DNA of 64,000 nt from Flaccisagitta enflata (taxonomy: Eukaryota), in NCBI GenBank assembly GCA_965153355.1, contig OZ231126.1, positions 35,030,001 to 35,094,000 of the forward strand, read 5' to 3'. Positions within the stretch are counted from its first letter, which is position 1. Every line of letters starts with the position of its first letter. The notes beneath the pieces are model-generated. The model searched no databases. It saw only the letters and a program-made list of their open reading frames with translations, and was not told where the DNA came from. Of this stretch, positions 39,547-51,176 are shown piece after piece. The position numbers were made by a program, and so were the translations under genes.

Positions 39547-42500
39547 GTAATCTGAGAATCTTCGTACGAATGCGCTAATAATATTTCCTTTCCAGAAATC
39601 GCGATACGTCTAATAATTTTTTTTTCAGAAAGCAGACTCTTCGACGCGTGAAATTACAAATATCCGGACACACAAACAGACAATCTTCTCACAGATCAAA
39701 CATTAACCTTTCTTCCTACAGGAGCAAGTACTAACGATCTTTGCCTCCCTTTAGCGTGACCTTCCTTGCGCCTAGCGCTGTCGGTCAAACAAACAAGGCC
39801 GCCCTCTTGCTCTCCTTGCGCCTAGCGCTGTCAGCAAAGGCAAAGCCAAACAACAAGTCCGCCCCACTGCTCTCCTTGCGTCTAACGCTGTCAGCAGAGG
39901 CGAAGTCTCTCCTAGCTCTCCTTGCGTCTAACGCTGAGGCGGAGAGAATAACACAGTTGAGAATTTCTATTTATACAAAATTAAAGATCAGAGACAATTT
40001 CAATTCAGAAACTTATAACAGTCTGTTTAACATAAACAAAAATTAAATTCAGAAAAACGAGCACACTCGTAACAGACTTAAACTCCGCGTATCGATCATA
40101 CGGTTTCCGCGCATATCTTCCCAAATCACGTGACATTTCGTACCCCGTTATAACTAACCTACGACACTATCGTACGAGATAACCTCGACTTCCGACTTCG
40201 CGACCGCGCTCTTCGTCATCGTTAAAAATACTCGTACCCCGGTTCAGTTAACTGACGACTTTCGGTCACCGACAAACTTTATCGGTCAAAGTCCATACGA
40301 ATCGCCGCCTCCGCTCGGGAACCAATATTCTGTCAACCGATTTCGTTCGCATTTCCTTTTCCTGTTCTCTACTACTCCGGCTCTCCCCCTCCTCTTCTCC
40401 GCACACCCGATCCCAAATTATCACCGAGCTATCGTAAAACCCCGTTCGTGCTCGTGCCGTTTTGCACCGCCGACGCCGATCCGCGGAAATTACATTGCTT
40501 TCATGAACAAATAAAACAAAAACTTTACTATTGCCAAATATAATTTCAATATTTGTTGCTTATTCTGTAGAAAAACGCGCAGATAGGGACAAACTCGTCT
40601 TTAGCTAGTCCATCAAATTAGCGCGTTCATTACAAACAACCTTTGTTGCCATACGGACATAGTAGTCTCGTGATTGTCGTTGCTAAGCGCACAGAGTAGT
40701 TCCGTTATTACCGTTGCCAAAGGGCACAAATTATAAACGTCATATTTGTAGCCAGTTGGGCCGTAGAAAACGCGACGCCCGGTGGGCAGTTTCTGGTCAG
40801 ATTGCGTCATCGTACATAAACAAACAAACAAATTGCCGTCGGAAGCACTAATTAACCGGTAGAACGTCATAAGTTCTGTAGGCCATGAATCAGATTCGTT
40901 AAAGCGGACGAAGAGAACAAAGTAAACATTTAAAACACACAAAAGACAGTCATACAAGACATTTAACACTCTGACATCGTCTATCGTGCTCGTACCGCCG
41001 GCGCATTCAAATCCGCCGCCGTGAATTCATTGACTTTGCTCTACCTGGTAAACAATAAAAACATTGTTCATTGCAAATACAATTTAAATACTTGCCATTC
41101 ATTACAAAGAAGACACGCAGATAAGGGAAACAATCTCGTTCTAGCTATTTTGATAATTTTGCGTGTCCTCATTCTATTCCCAAACTGGTACCACTGTTGT
41201 TATTTACGTCATTGACTCTCTCTTTTAATTGCGACGCCCGGTTGGCAAAAAAGAGGTCACGTGACACCCGATTTACGTCCTAAGCATCGTATCACGTTGT
41301 TAACGCCGTCCGCTGGGCGTCAAGTGCACCTTTCATTTTTATAAGAACCTAGTTTATAAGAACATCAAACCTCGGAATCGCTCAAAAATTCTGAACATAG
41401 TAATTTTACTAGTAGTTGTCTCTATCTATTTGAAGGCTTCAGAAAAAGAAAATGACGTTCATATAAAAAAAATAAAAAATGTAAATGAAGTTGGTCTCAT
41501 TATTTGTAAAAACGACCCGATCCTCATATTACGCGTAAAGATCACCAACAAGAATTGTACAGTATTTTAAATAATCACACGTTTGGTCAATTCTGTAAGT
41601 CATCGCATAAACGCCAATCTGCTGCACTATCTTTTTACAAACTGAGGCAAAGAACTGAGTCACGACTTTTTTCTCCCACGCTCCTAAATCCGTCAGATCT
41701 CACGAAACCGCTGTTCAACAGACAAAACAAAGCAACGTCTTCAGTAGAGTTGTGTAAAGACTTCACACAACAGAACGGAACAAAACAAAACCCTAACAAG
41801 ACAAAACAAAACAAGTACCAAAACAAAAACGAAACAAAACAAACATAGATTAAACAAAACACAGTAACAGTGAGACAAACAAACAATCAAACAACAACAA
41901 AAAAAAAAAAAAAAAAAAAAAAAATAAAAATAAAAAGCAAAACGGAACAAAACAAGACAAAACAAATTAAAACAAACCGAAACAAACAACAAACAAGAAT
42001 GACAAAACGAAACAAGACAACGAAAAACAAATACTATTTGTAAGACTCGAAACGCCTTTAAGCAGTGCTTAAGAATAAAACAAAACGAAACAAAACAAAC
42101 AAGACGTAACAAATACTAATCAAAATTAAACAAAATAAAACTAAGTGACCTAACAAAACAAGAAAACAAAACAACAAAATAAATAACAAAACCAAGACAG
42201 GTAACCCAAAACAAACGGCAAGGAACCAATCTAAACAGACATGATATGACAAAACACTAAATCCAAGCAAACAAGATAAAACTTACGAATATAATCAACA
42301 AAACAAAACAAGACAAAACAAAACAAAACGCAAAACAAAACGAAACAGAAAATAACAAACAAAACGAACGGTTGAAAACAAACGGAAACAAAACAACGAA
42401 ACAAAACAGATCAATACAAAACAAAACCCAAATAAAACAACACAGTAAGGTAAACAAGACAAGACAACAAGTAAAACGAGTTTAAACTCAACAAAACAAA

Positions 42501-43171
42501 ATATCAATAAACTGACAAAACAAGAAACGGACTAGAGAAACGGAACACAACAAACAAAAAAAAAACAAAAAAAAAAAAAAAAAAAAAAAAAAAACAAAAA
42601 AAAAAAAGGAAACAAAAAACAAGAACGGAACACAAATACAACTATAAATAAGACAAACAAAATTTAAACAGACCTTCGAAAAAAAAAAAAAAAAAAAAAC
42701 AAAAACAAAAACAAAAACAAAACGAAACAAAGAACACAAGAAAAACAAAACAAATAAACCGACAATCCTTTAATTGACATTAACTCATCTATCCAACTTA
42801 TAAATCAACATCAGTTTCCTGCTTACATCAACTATTACGCGTTTCTCTCTCTCCCCGCAAATCTGAATCATCGTCGCTGTACAACAGACAACGTCATCAA
42901 TTTCTAGTGGCATCTAGTGTTAGCTCAAACTCTCTATGTCCATCCGTCATCAAACCAATTCCGACAAACATCAACGTCATCTGTCAAACACCATCTAGCG
43001 GAGAAACACAAATGAAACAAAACCACAACTACAAAGTTCTCACGGAGTAGCATGTACAACAGGCGAAGTTAGGGCTAATAAAACCCAACTATTCTATCAA
43101 CAGTACCCCAAATTGCATTTATTTGCTCATTCATCCCCGAATCATACTTGTCACCTTCCAAAACCGCTATC

Positions 43172-45943
43172 ATGCCGAAAAACAAGGAAACAAGCCCTAA
43201 AAACATGCGGCGTCTCTCAAGGGACCTCTTCAGCGACGCAGAAATTTACCAAGAAGTTGCACAAAGAGCCTATGAGTCACAGACCGAAAGCGACAAAGAC
43301 GATGCCACTTGGAGACGCAGCATGTTGGTCAAGTTGACAGAAGAGGCTGTGTGCTGCATTGAGGCAGCAGGAAAGAAAGGTCGCAAATGCCCAGAACTAA
43401 AAGAAGCTCTCAAGCATGCCCAAACATCCCTCAAGGGCCCACATTCAGACTCCACTACTGCGACTTCCGTTGACAGAGATAACGTCGATGCCGCGATGCC
43501 GCAAGACGACACAGAATCTCTGGTCACGAGATCTTACTGTTCAGGTAGCTCGAACAATCAGAACGAATCATCGCTTGACTCAGATGAAGACGCTAACCCA
43601 CATCATGACTCAACGCCCCCTTTGATTTGTTCACCACCAACCAATGAATGCTCAACCAACCAACTCAAACCCAAACCAACCAGGTCAGATCGAGGACAGA
43701 CAGCTGGAGGGTCTGAGTTCATTGACAAACGCCTACCAACCAAAGATCATGTCAACTTTAGACCAGAGCTGCCCACCTCCTCTCACCAACCAACTCAGCA
43801 ATCAGGAGAACAAACAACCCAACTACCCACCCAACCCAGCCAAAAGTCTCAAAACCAACCATCAGAGAAATTAGCCACCCGGTCAACCACCCAGTCAACG
43901 ACAGGAAGCACAAAAAGACCACCCAGCCAGTCAACCTCCAAATCAGCTATCAAAACCGCTCAACCCATTAAGAAGTCAACCACCCAATTGACCACCCAAC
44001 CACCCATCAAAACCAAGCAAAAGCCACCCATTGACAAGCAACCTAAATCAGCTCCCATCCACAAGAACCCACCAAGCTCTTTCATATCCGGCCACAGATC
44101 AACCACCCGAAATGAACCAAATCCACCCCCATCCCATAGCAAGGTAAACTCAGCCATCACCAAGTCGTGTTACACAGAGCCATCAACACACTCAACCAGA
44201 GCCAACAAGTCGTGCTACACTACACCATCTACACACTCGACCAGGATAACTGAGTCTCAATATGCAGCAACATCTACACACTCAACACGGTTGAGCAAGA
44301 ACACAAATAGATCAACGGCCGTCTCAACAAAACACTCATCAAAGAGATTCACAAAGCCATTATCTAACATCTCTGACGCATCAAATGCCGCATCAGAACT
44401 GAGACAGAATCGTGAAGAGGCAGAAAGAGAAAGAGAAGAGATCCGAAGCCAGCAGGAAGAATTAGAGAGAATAATGAGAGAAGAATCTCAACAACACGAA
44501 CAAGCCGCAAGAGAGGAAGCAGAAAGGATAGCTATACAAGCAAGAGAAACGGCAGAAAGAATTGCTAGGGAGACTAACGAAAATCTACAGGAAGCAATCA
44601 GAATTAGCGCAAGACAAGCAAGAGAAAAAGTAAGAGATGTTAACCGTAGAGAACAAGAAAAACACAGTGACATTCTAGACAGAATGTCAAACTCATCAGG
44701 CGGGTCAAGAACATTCTACACGACCAAGACAAGAGAGGACAGCGGAACAGAGGTGTACGGTGTGGCAGCAAGCAATAGACTTATAGCACCAAGCAACAGA
44801 ACGGAGGATGAGTCTCCAAACAGACATCGGTCAGTCAGTGAGGTCAGTGGCTGCACCGTTAGGGCATCAACTTACCACACTGTCGCTCAAACTGCAACAA
44901 GCACGAGAAACGGGCAAGAAAGTCACCAACAAAAAACCAACAGACGCCCAGAAGAGACTCGGAAACAGAGAGACGCACACAGTCAAGCTCAGTCTCAACC
45001 AAACAAAGAACGCAGTCAGACCACCATACCAGCGACATCAAACCAACCATCAAACCATTCCATCGTCACAGGGGTACGTGAAACCCCTCAGGCAGTAGAA
45101 ATTCGCGCTGTTGCTGAGGAAACAACTCGAGCAACACTTGCAGCAGCAGGGATCAACAAAACCCCTAATGGGCGTTCAAGTCTCGAGGCGTTGAAAATTG
45201 CTGAAAGAAGAAGACCATCAATTGCATTTGATGGTATCAACAAGTCCATTGATTTCGACGAACACATGAAGAATTTCCTCAGCGCCGTTGACATGCCTGA
45301 TCTCTCCACCAAAGACAGGCTGAAAGAGTTTCAACACTGGTTCAAATCGCTGGCATTAGCCCGGATCAACTGTTACATGCGACGCACCGACACAGACGCA
45401 GCATTTGAGGAAGCAGTGGAGCGTCTCAAGGCTGAATACGGAAACCGGAAGCAATCGGCTGAAGACATGCTGCAAAGCACACTTGAGGGACATGTCATCA
45501 AGAAACACCAATTTGAAGAAATGAGCGAGTTCATTTTCAAGGTGGAAGGGACATACACCCTGGCGTGCGAAACGAACAAAGAAGGAGACTTTGACAGAGA
45601 GTCAGTTTACAAGCGAATCCTAAACAAGAAGCTTCCTCATCTTAAGGAAAAGTGGTCAAAGTACGCTTGCAGACTGCCAGATGACTACCCAACGTTTCGA
45701 CAATTTCCAGACTTTCTTCTCCTAAACATACGCGCCTCAACACTCCTCCATGAATACAACGACGATCAAGGCGCCGAAGAAAAACAAAAGGCATCTGACG
45801 TCGCAGTCATCAACTCGACGATGGCGCCACAGACAATGTGGCAACTGCCCGTACCGTATGACCCCTCAATACCACCCCCACTGCCTCCCCAGTTCTACTG
45901 TACAACACCACCCCCCTGCTTACCAACAGCATATAACCAATAA
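43172..45943 (+). CDS. BEL/Pao-type Gag-like protein (~923 aa from the first ATG)
   Basis: Uninterrupted ORF with an S/T/P/Q-rich region and an E/R coiled coil. These are followed by FDG...F.....NF..AVD..DLS.KDRL..F..WF...A...I......D..FEEA.ERLK.EYG and ILNKKLP...KW...PTF.QF..FL, resembling the DUF1759/BEL-Pao capsid region. No CCHC knuckles or pol motifs seen. Confidence 0.75.
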   Translation: MPKNKETSPKNMRRLSRDLFSDAEIYQEVAQRAYESQTESDKDDATWRRSMLVKLTEEAVCCIEAAGKKGRKCPELKEALKHAQTSLKGPHSDSTTATSVDRDNVDAAMPQDDTESLVTRSYCSGSSNNQNESSLDSDEDANPHHDSTPPLICSPPTNECSTNQLKPKPTRSDRGQTAGGSEFIDKRLPTKDHVNFRPELPTSSHQPTQQSGEQTTQLPTQPSQKSQNQPSEKLATRSTTQSTTGSTKRPPSQSTSKSAIKTAQPIKKSTTQLTTQPPIKTKQKPPIDKQPKSAPIHKNPPSSFISGHRSTTRNEPNPPPSHSKVNSAITKSCYTEPSTHSTRANKSCYTTPSTHSTRITESQYAATSTHSTRLSKNTNRSTAVSTKHSSKRFTKPLSNISDASNAASELRQNREEAEREREEIRSQQEELERIMREESQQHEQAAREEAERIAIQARETAERIARETNENLQEAIRISARQAREKVRDVNRREQEKHSDILDRMSNSSGGSRTFYTTKTREDSGTEVYGVAASNRLIAPSNRTEDESPNRHRSVSEVSGCTVRASTYHTVAQTATSTRNGQESHQQKTNRRPEETRKQRDAHSQAQSQPNKERSQTTIPATSNQPSNHSIVTGVRETPQAVEIRAVAEETTRATLAAAGINKTPNGRSSLEALKIAERRRPSIAFDGINKSIDFDEHMKNFLSAVDMPDLSTKDRLKEFQHWFKSLALARINCYMRRTDTDAAFEEAVERLKAEYGNRKQSAEDMLQSTLEGHVIKKHQFEEMSEFIFKVEGTYTLACETNKEGDFDRESVYKRILNKKLPHLKEKWSKYACRLPDDYPTFRQFPDFLLLNIRASTLLHEYNDDQGAEEKQKASDVAVINSTMAPQTMWQLPVPYDPSIPPPLPPQFYCTTPPPCLPTAYNQ

Positions 45944-48900
45944 CGATAACCGCGCCTCCAGCATAATCAGCATTCATCGCAATCACACATGCTAGAGAGA
46001 CATTTTTCAAACAATAACTGAGACTATCATAACCTAACGTCATTGATCAAATTCAAAGATAAATGTTTGAACAATTTAACACTGATTGCACCAAATTGTG
46101 GACGGCGGGGGCAAATTACCTCTGTCATCTGGTGTCATTTCATTTGTCATACACATGCTAACTCTTACAATTTGTCATCTTGCATTTGTCATTCCTTTTT
46201 TGCCACTTGTCATTTCCTGCTCAGATCGGCCAAATTCAGGCTTTAAAAATTGAATATAATCATCAAGACAGATGTGACCATTGTAGTAAATAAAAGAATA
46301 AATGAACATCCTAAATGAATGTGAGAGTGAATGTGACATGCCATCGAGAGAATGTGAGGGATAGTTCATAACAAAATTTCACTTTGACCTCTTTGACGCG
46401 TAAAGAGAGTAATACAGTCATTTGTTTATGTTTCCTACTATGAACAACGGTCACAAATGTATGTCAATAGTCTTTACTAAATTAAACGAATTCTTGAATA
46501 TTTGTAAGGGATCAGTGAATCAAAAGAAATAATAACAAATGAATTTAAGATGTTTTTCTCAGTTTGTGTTGATCTGGTGCAGGAAATTCTTGTCACATCA
46601 TCATTTTGTCACATAACCATTTTGTCACATCAACACATTGTCACATTGTCACACTGTTTGTAACAAAATTCATCGACTATTTGCAATTAACCATTGTCTC
46701 TCCATCTTTATCGTACTGAAACATACAAAATTTTTAGTCTAACCATTGTAACCCGCTTGACGGCGGGGGCGCTGGTTTGACTCAAACCCTATGTAAGACA
46801 ACGAACTCATAACTAAATGAACAACGAACTCATAACTAAATGTCCATCATCCATGTTCACTGTCAAAAAACAAATGCTCAATATTACGCGTCAATTTCCA
46901 TTGAATGTAAGAACGTTACTATGTTATCCTTTCCAACATGCTGGACGGCGGGGGCGCTGTTGGACTAAAATCCTAAGTCAAAAACTTGCTTTAAACCCCC
47001 GCATAACTAACATCCTTCATAGATGTTTCCTGTTAAAAAACAAATGCTCAACAATACGCTTCAATCTTCATAATGTTCTTATCCTGTCCAACATTCTCGA
47101 CGGCGGGAGCGTTAACCCTTTTGTCCATCGACAGACTGCATAGAAAGACATCAACAAGCTGTCATTTCATCACTATCAAACGTCTACAAACTTGACATTT
47201 CACCAACAATAGTGATGGTTCAATGTTGGTCATTACGCCAACATTCGTTTGGCAAACAACTACACCACTGTTGCATAACCATGTACACCACTGTTCTTAC
47301 GGCGGGGGCAAGCAAGCGTCCATGCTGAAACATTTCACTATCTAGATAAACAAAAGACAATAATACGCAAGACACCCAACAAATTCTCACATTTCTTACG
47401 GCGGGGGCAATGTTGCACCCAAAATTCAGTCTTTCCTCATCATTCATATAAGCTGTGTAGTAAAATACACTCCACCGTTCAGATTCTCACCTCTTGCACG
47501 GTGGGGGCAATAGAAACTGCATGAAACATATAACCCTACAACGTTACTGCCTTTCCTCCATCGCCTCAAATCTAAGAAACAGTTAACATTCATATAATTC
47601 AAGCACCCGCAGCAAATTTAAAGACAATAACGTTACTTAATCAAATTTAGTCATGGCTCACGTTGTCAATACAACAACATTTGGAAACAATTTGTTGACA
47701 TTGATCAACACAACAAAACTAAATCAAGTTTGTTCATCGCTGTATTAAATCAACTCAATAACAAAAAAAAAAAAAAAAACAAAAACAAAAAAAAAAAAAA
47801 ACCAAATAAAAACAAAAAATACAAAACCAAACAAAAAATAAAAGCTCAAAACAACAAACGACAAAGAAACAAAGAATCTCAACAAGCAAGATGATTCAAG
47901 TGAATACATCAAGCAGCGATCCGTACAAAAAAACAAGCGTACGCAGACCCAAAGGGTAATGACAAAACAATCTAACAGACAGGAAAAATAAAAATGCAAA
48001 TTTATGACGCTCAGACCCGTGAACTAGACGAACACAAAAAGACCAACTTGATTTAACAGGTTGTCAACAATCATCAATCTAAATAGATTTCAATGTATTA
48101 TTCAAATGAAATATTAGATATTCAGCAATATTAATTCTAAAGGTTCGGCAATGTCATTTGTTTAATGTTAGAACATTAAGACACTCAACATAGTAAAAAC
48201 AATAGAAAACTAACAATACAAATTTCTAGCGTAAAACATTAAAATAAACAGTATTGAACAAACAATCTGAATAAACAATCGTAAATAAAGAATGTTGATA
48301 AACAATCAAGGTTAAACAATCAAGGATTATTACATATTGTATAGAAGAGTGTGTTTCTTAAATCGCTTACAGAGTAGCTAAGATTTGACTCCAAAAGCTT
48401 AAGATTTTTTTTGTCGTTTGATAAAACATAAAAAGAAATTTACAAAAAGAAGAACCAGCATGCTTCAGCTATTTGGCACTTCATCAAGAAAACCACTACA
48501 ATGTCGCTTAGGAGTTTGAAAAGGTATTTCTCTCGTGAACTCAGAGGGTCAGGAGACAACTTTGACTGAAGCGAATTTTTCATAAAATTGCCCTCATGGA
48601 ATCAACACCCCTGCGATCGCGGTCAACTTGCATATTATAGTGGCCCATGATCATATGAGTTAAGAGAGGTGAAAATAATTGTGGTATCATTGTCTTTTAA
48701 AGCGCCAAACTAATTTTTATCGCTGGCGTTTGGTTGAGTTACTTTAGAAAATTTAAGTATCTTTTATTATGCTAATAATTCACTTTTCTTTTACTTAAAA
48801 TAAAAAAAAAAGGTTTTTGAAAATTCCGACCCAATTTTACCCTGATGAGGACCTGTACATTTCAGCCAAATTTCCTACCAAAACAGTTTCCTTCATGTTT

Positions 48901-49886
48901 AAAAGGACTATGACAAGCATTACTGAGGTTCTTGTACATAACAAACTTGCTGAATAAACAGTTAACGAACACTATTGCTCCGCCCGGAACATATCAGATG
49001 AAAAAAGGGAAGATTTAAAATGTCTAGCAATGTTGATGTTAAAGTGAAACAATGTCAAGGTTAAGGTTAGATTGAAACAATGTTAAAGTCAAACAATGTT
49101 AATGTTGAAGGTCAAACAATGTGAGGCTTAATGTTTGAACATCAAAACCAACAATAACAAATAAAATCCTTAACAAAGGTAAAATAAACTAGGCAAATAT
49201 TAAACAATACCTAATAACATTGTTTAACGTTGTTTATTGTTGTTTAATGTTAAGACATGTATATGAACAGTAAAAAAAAATTGTTAAATAACAATGCTAG
49301 AACATTAAAACCGTTTAAAACGTTAAATATACAGAAAAAATGGTAGATAAACAATATCAAAATGTTTAGAGATGAAAATGTCTAATGTTAATACATTAAA
49401 ATACATAATGTTAAGAAAGCGACTTTGATTAAGAAATATCAAATAAACAGTGTTAAACACTGTTAACATTTAATGTTAAAACAAAAATAAACATTCTTAA
49501 AAATGTTGAAAAACCAGATTAAAATGATATTAAGATAAAATCAACATCAAATAAATAAAGTTGAATAAATAATGATAAACAAAAATAAACAATGTTCAAT
49601 AAACAATTTTGAAACAATAAGATAATGTTTAAAAACAATGTCAAAGCATTAATATTTAACAAACAAGGTAAAAGCATCAAGAAAAAACAATGTCCAATAA
49701 ACATTGTTTAAGCATCAACATATAAAATGAAATAAGATTAAAAAAAAACTAAACAAATAATATTTACAAAGCCTAATATTTAATATTAAGCAAATAAACA
49801 ATGTGAATTAAAAAACAATTTTAATGGAACAAAATTAATTAAAGAATGTCAAAACAGTAAAAAAAAAAAAAGTTTAAATAAATCAG

Positions 49887-49938
<52 letters not shown>

Positions 49939-50613
49939 TTTTTGAATAAACGATGTTAAAACGTTAGAAATGCAACGTTGAAATAAACAAGGTCAAATAG
50001 ATAATGCTAAAATACAATGTTAAAACATTGATAGCATACTGTCAAATAAACAGGATATACAAGGTTAAAATAAGAACATGTAAAAATACCTTCTAAACCC
50101 CAAACTAAAGTAAAACATGAAATCTCAAAACAGTTAAACCAAAATAATAAACATGTGACAATCCCGATATTCACTTGAAATAGTATTCGATTTAATAAAT
50201 AGGTTATAAAATCAAAAAAAAAAAAAAACCCTTATAGCAATACATATACAATAAAAAGATCATACAAAATAAGAAACAATAAAACAAAATGAAAATAACG
50301 AAATAACACTCTCTAGAATACGATTGAATCTCTATTATCACAGAAAAGAAAACGGGCACAGAAGACTCACTGTATAAATACTAACACTAACAATCAAACT
50401 TGAGATGAAAACCATACTGAACTACAATAACAAATAAAAAGACGGAAATACAGAGACAACTTTATTTACCCGAAAGTTAACAAACGTCAGTCAGCCAACA
50501 AACGAACAAACACACGAGGAGCACAAAATGACATCACAGGAACACGATTCAGAGAGGGCGCATACGGACTCGGTCACAGTATCTCCCACGGTATCCCTTC
50601 GTCTTTCCTCCTC

Positions 50614-50627
50614 AGGATAGGCGGGGG
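50614..50627 (+). other. Polypurine tract of the 38998-51176 element
   Basis: AGGATAGGCGGGGG immediately 5' of the 3' LTR. Confidence 0.8.
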
Positions 50628-51176
50628 TATCAAAGAGATACTGCGCCCGAGCCGCTCGGCGGTGAGAGGACGATAGCGATAATGACCGATCTCCAAAACA
50701 ACTCCGTACATCGGATCATTATCGTCATTCACCCTCTTACCGTACGAACAGCAAATCAAGATACTCTCAATTCATTTAATAATCGTTCCAAAGGCATCTC
50801 CAACTTCGCTACAGATTCTCAGGTTAATAGATCGCACTGACTGACATTATAGAAGGACAGAGGGAGGAGGAGGAGAAGGAGGGAGGAGGAGAGGTAGGAG
50901 GAGAGGGGAGAGGGAGGAGGAGAGGTAGGAGGAGAGGGAAGAGGGAGGAGGAGAGGGAAGAGAAGGCGCGGGACGAAGACAGGACGAAGAAGAAGGACGA
51001 ACGCGGGGTTAGGGCAGGGGCAGGGGGAAGTAGGGCTCGGGTCAATCATGATTCGCTCTATTCATTTCTCGTATTTCCTTTGTTCAGATTACAAGTACAG
51101 ATATCCAGTATATCGGCCTGTTTCTCTAGATCATAGCGCAGGAGCTCTGTCGACGAACGCCACCATCTCATTGATA
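50628..51176 (+). repeat. 3' LTR (TATCAAAGAGAT...ATCTCATTGATA)
   Basis: Direct repeat of 38998-39546, preceded by the PPT and followed by the TSD. Confidence 0.95.

Larger units (their letters stand above)
38998..51176 (+). mobile_element. Non-autonomous LTR element (BEL/Pao-related, gag-only), 12.2 kb
   Basis: 549-bp LTRs at 38998-39546 and 50628-51176 with 3 substitutions seen. TSD GTCCG (38993-38997, 51177-51181). Purine tract AGGATAGGCGGGGG abuts the 3' LTR. The element splits a HINE whose halves rejoin perfectly. Confidence 0.93.

Noticed and set aside
39762-39940. CRISPR-like pattern: four ~20-nt repeats with 25-40 nt spacers
   Set aside because: The spacers are related to each other (CAAACAA..CAAG.CCGCCC), the context is a eukaryotic LTR element and there are no cas genes. 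It is a degenerate tandem repeat.
48841-48880. CTGATGAG as a hammerhead core
   Set aside because: No stem II closing onto a GAAA downstream.
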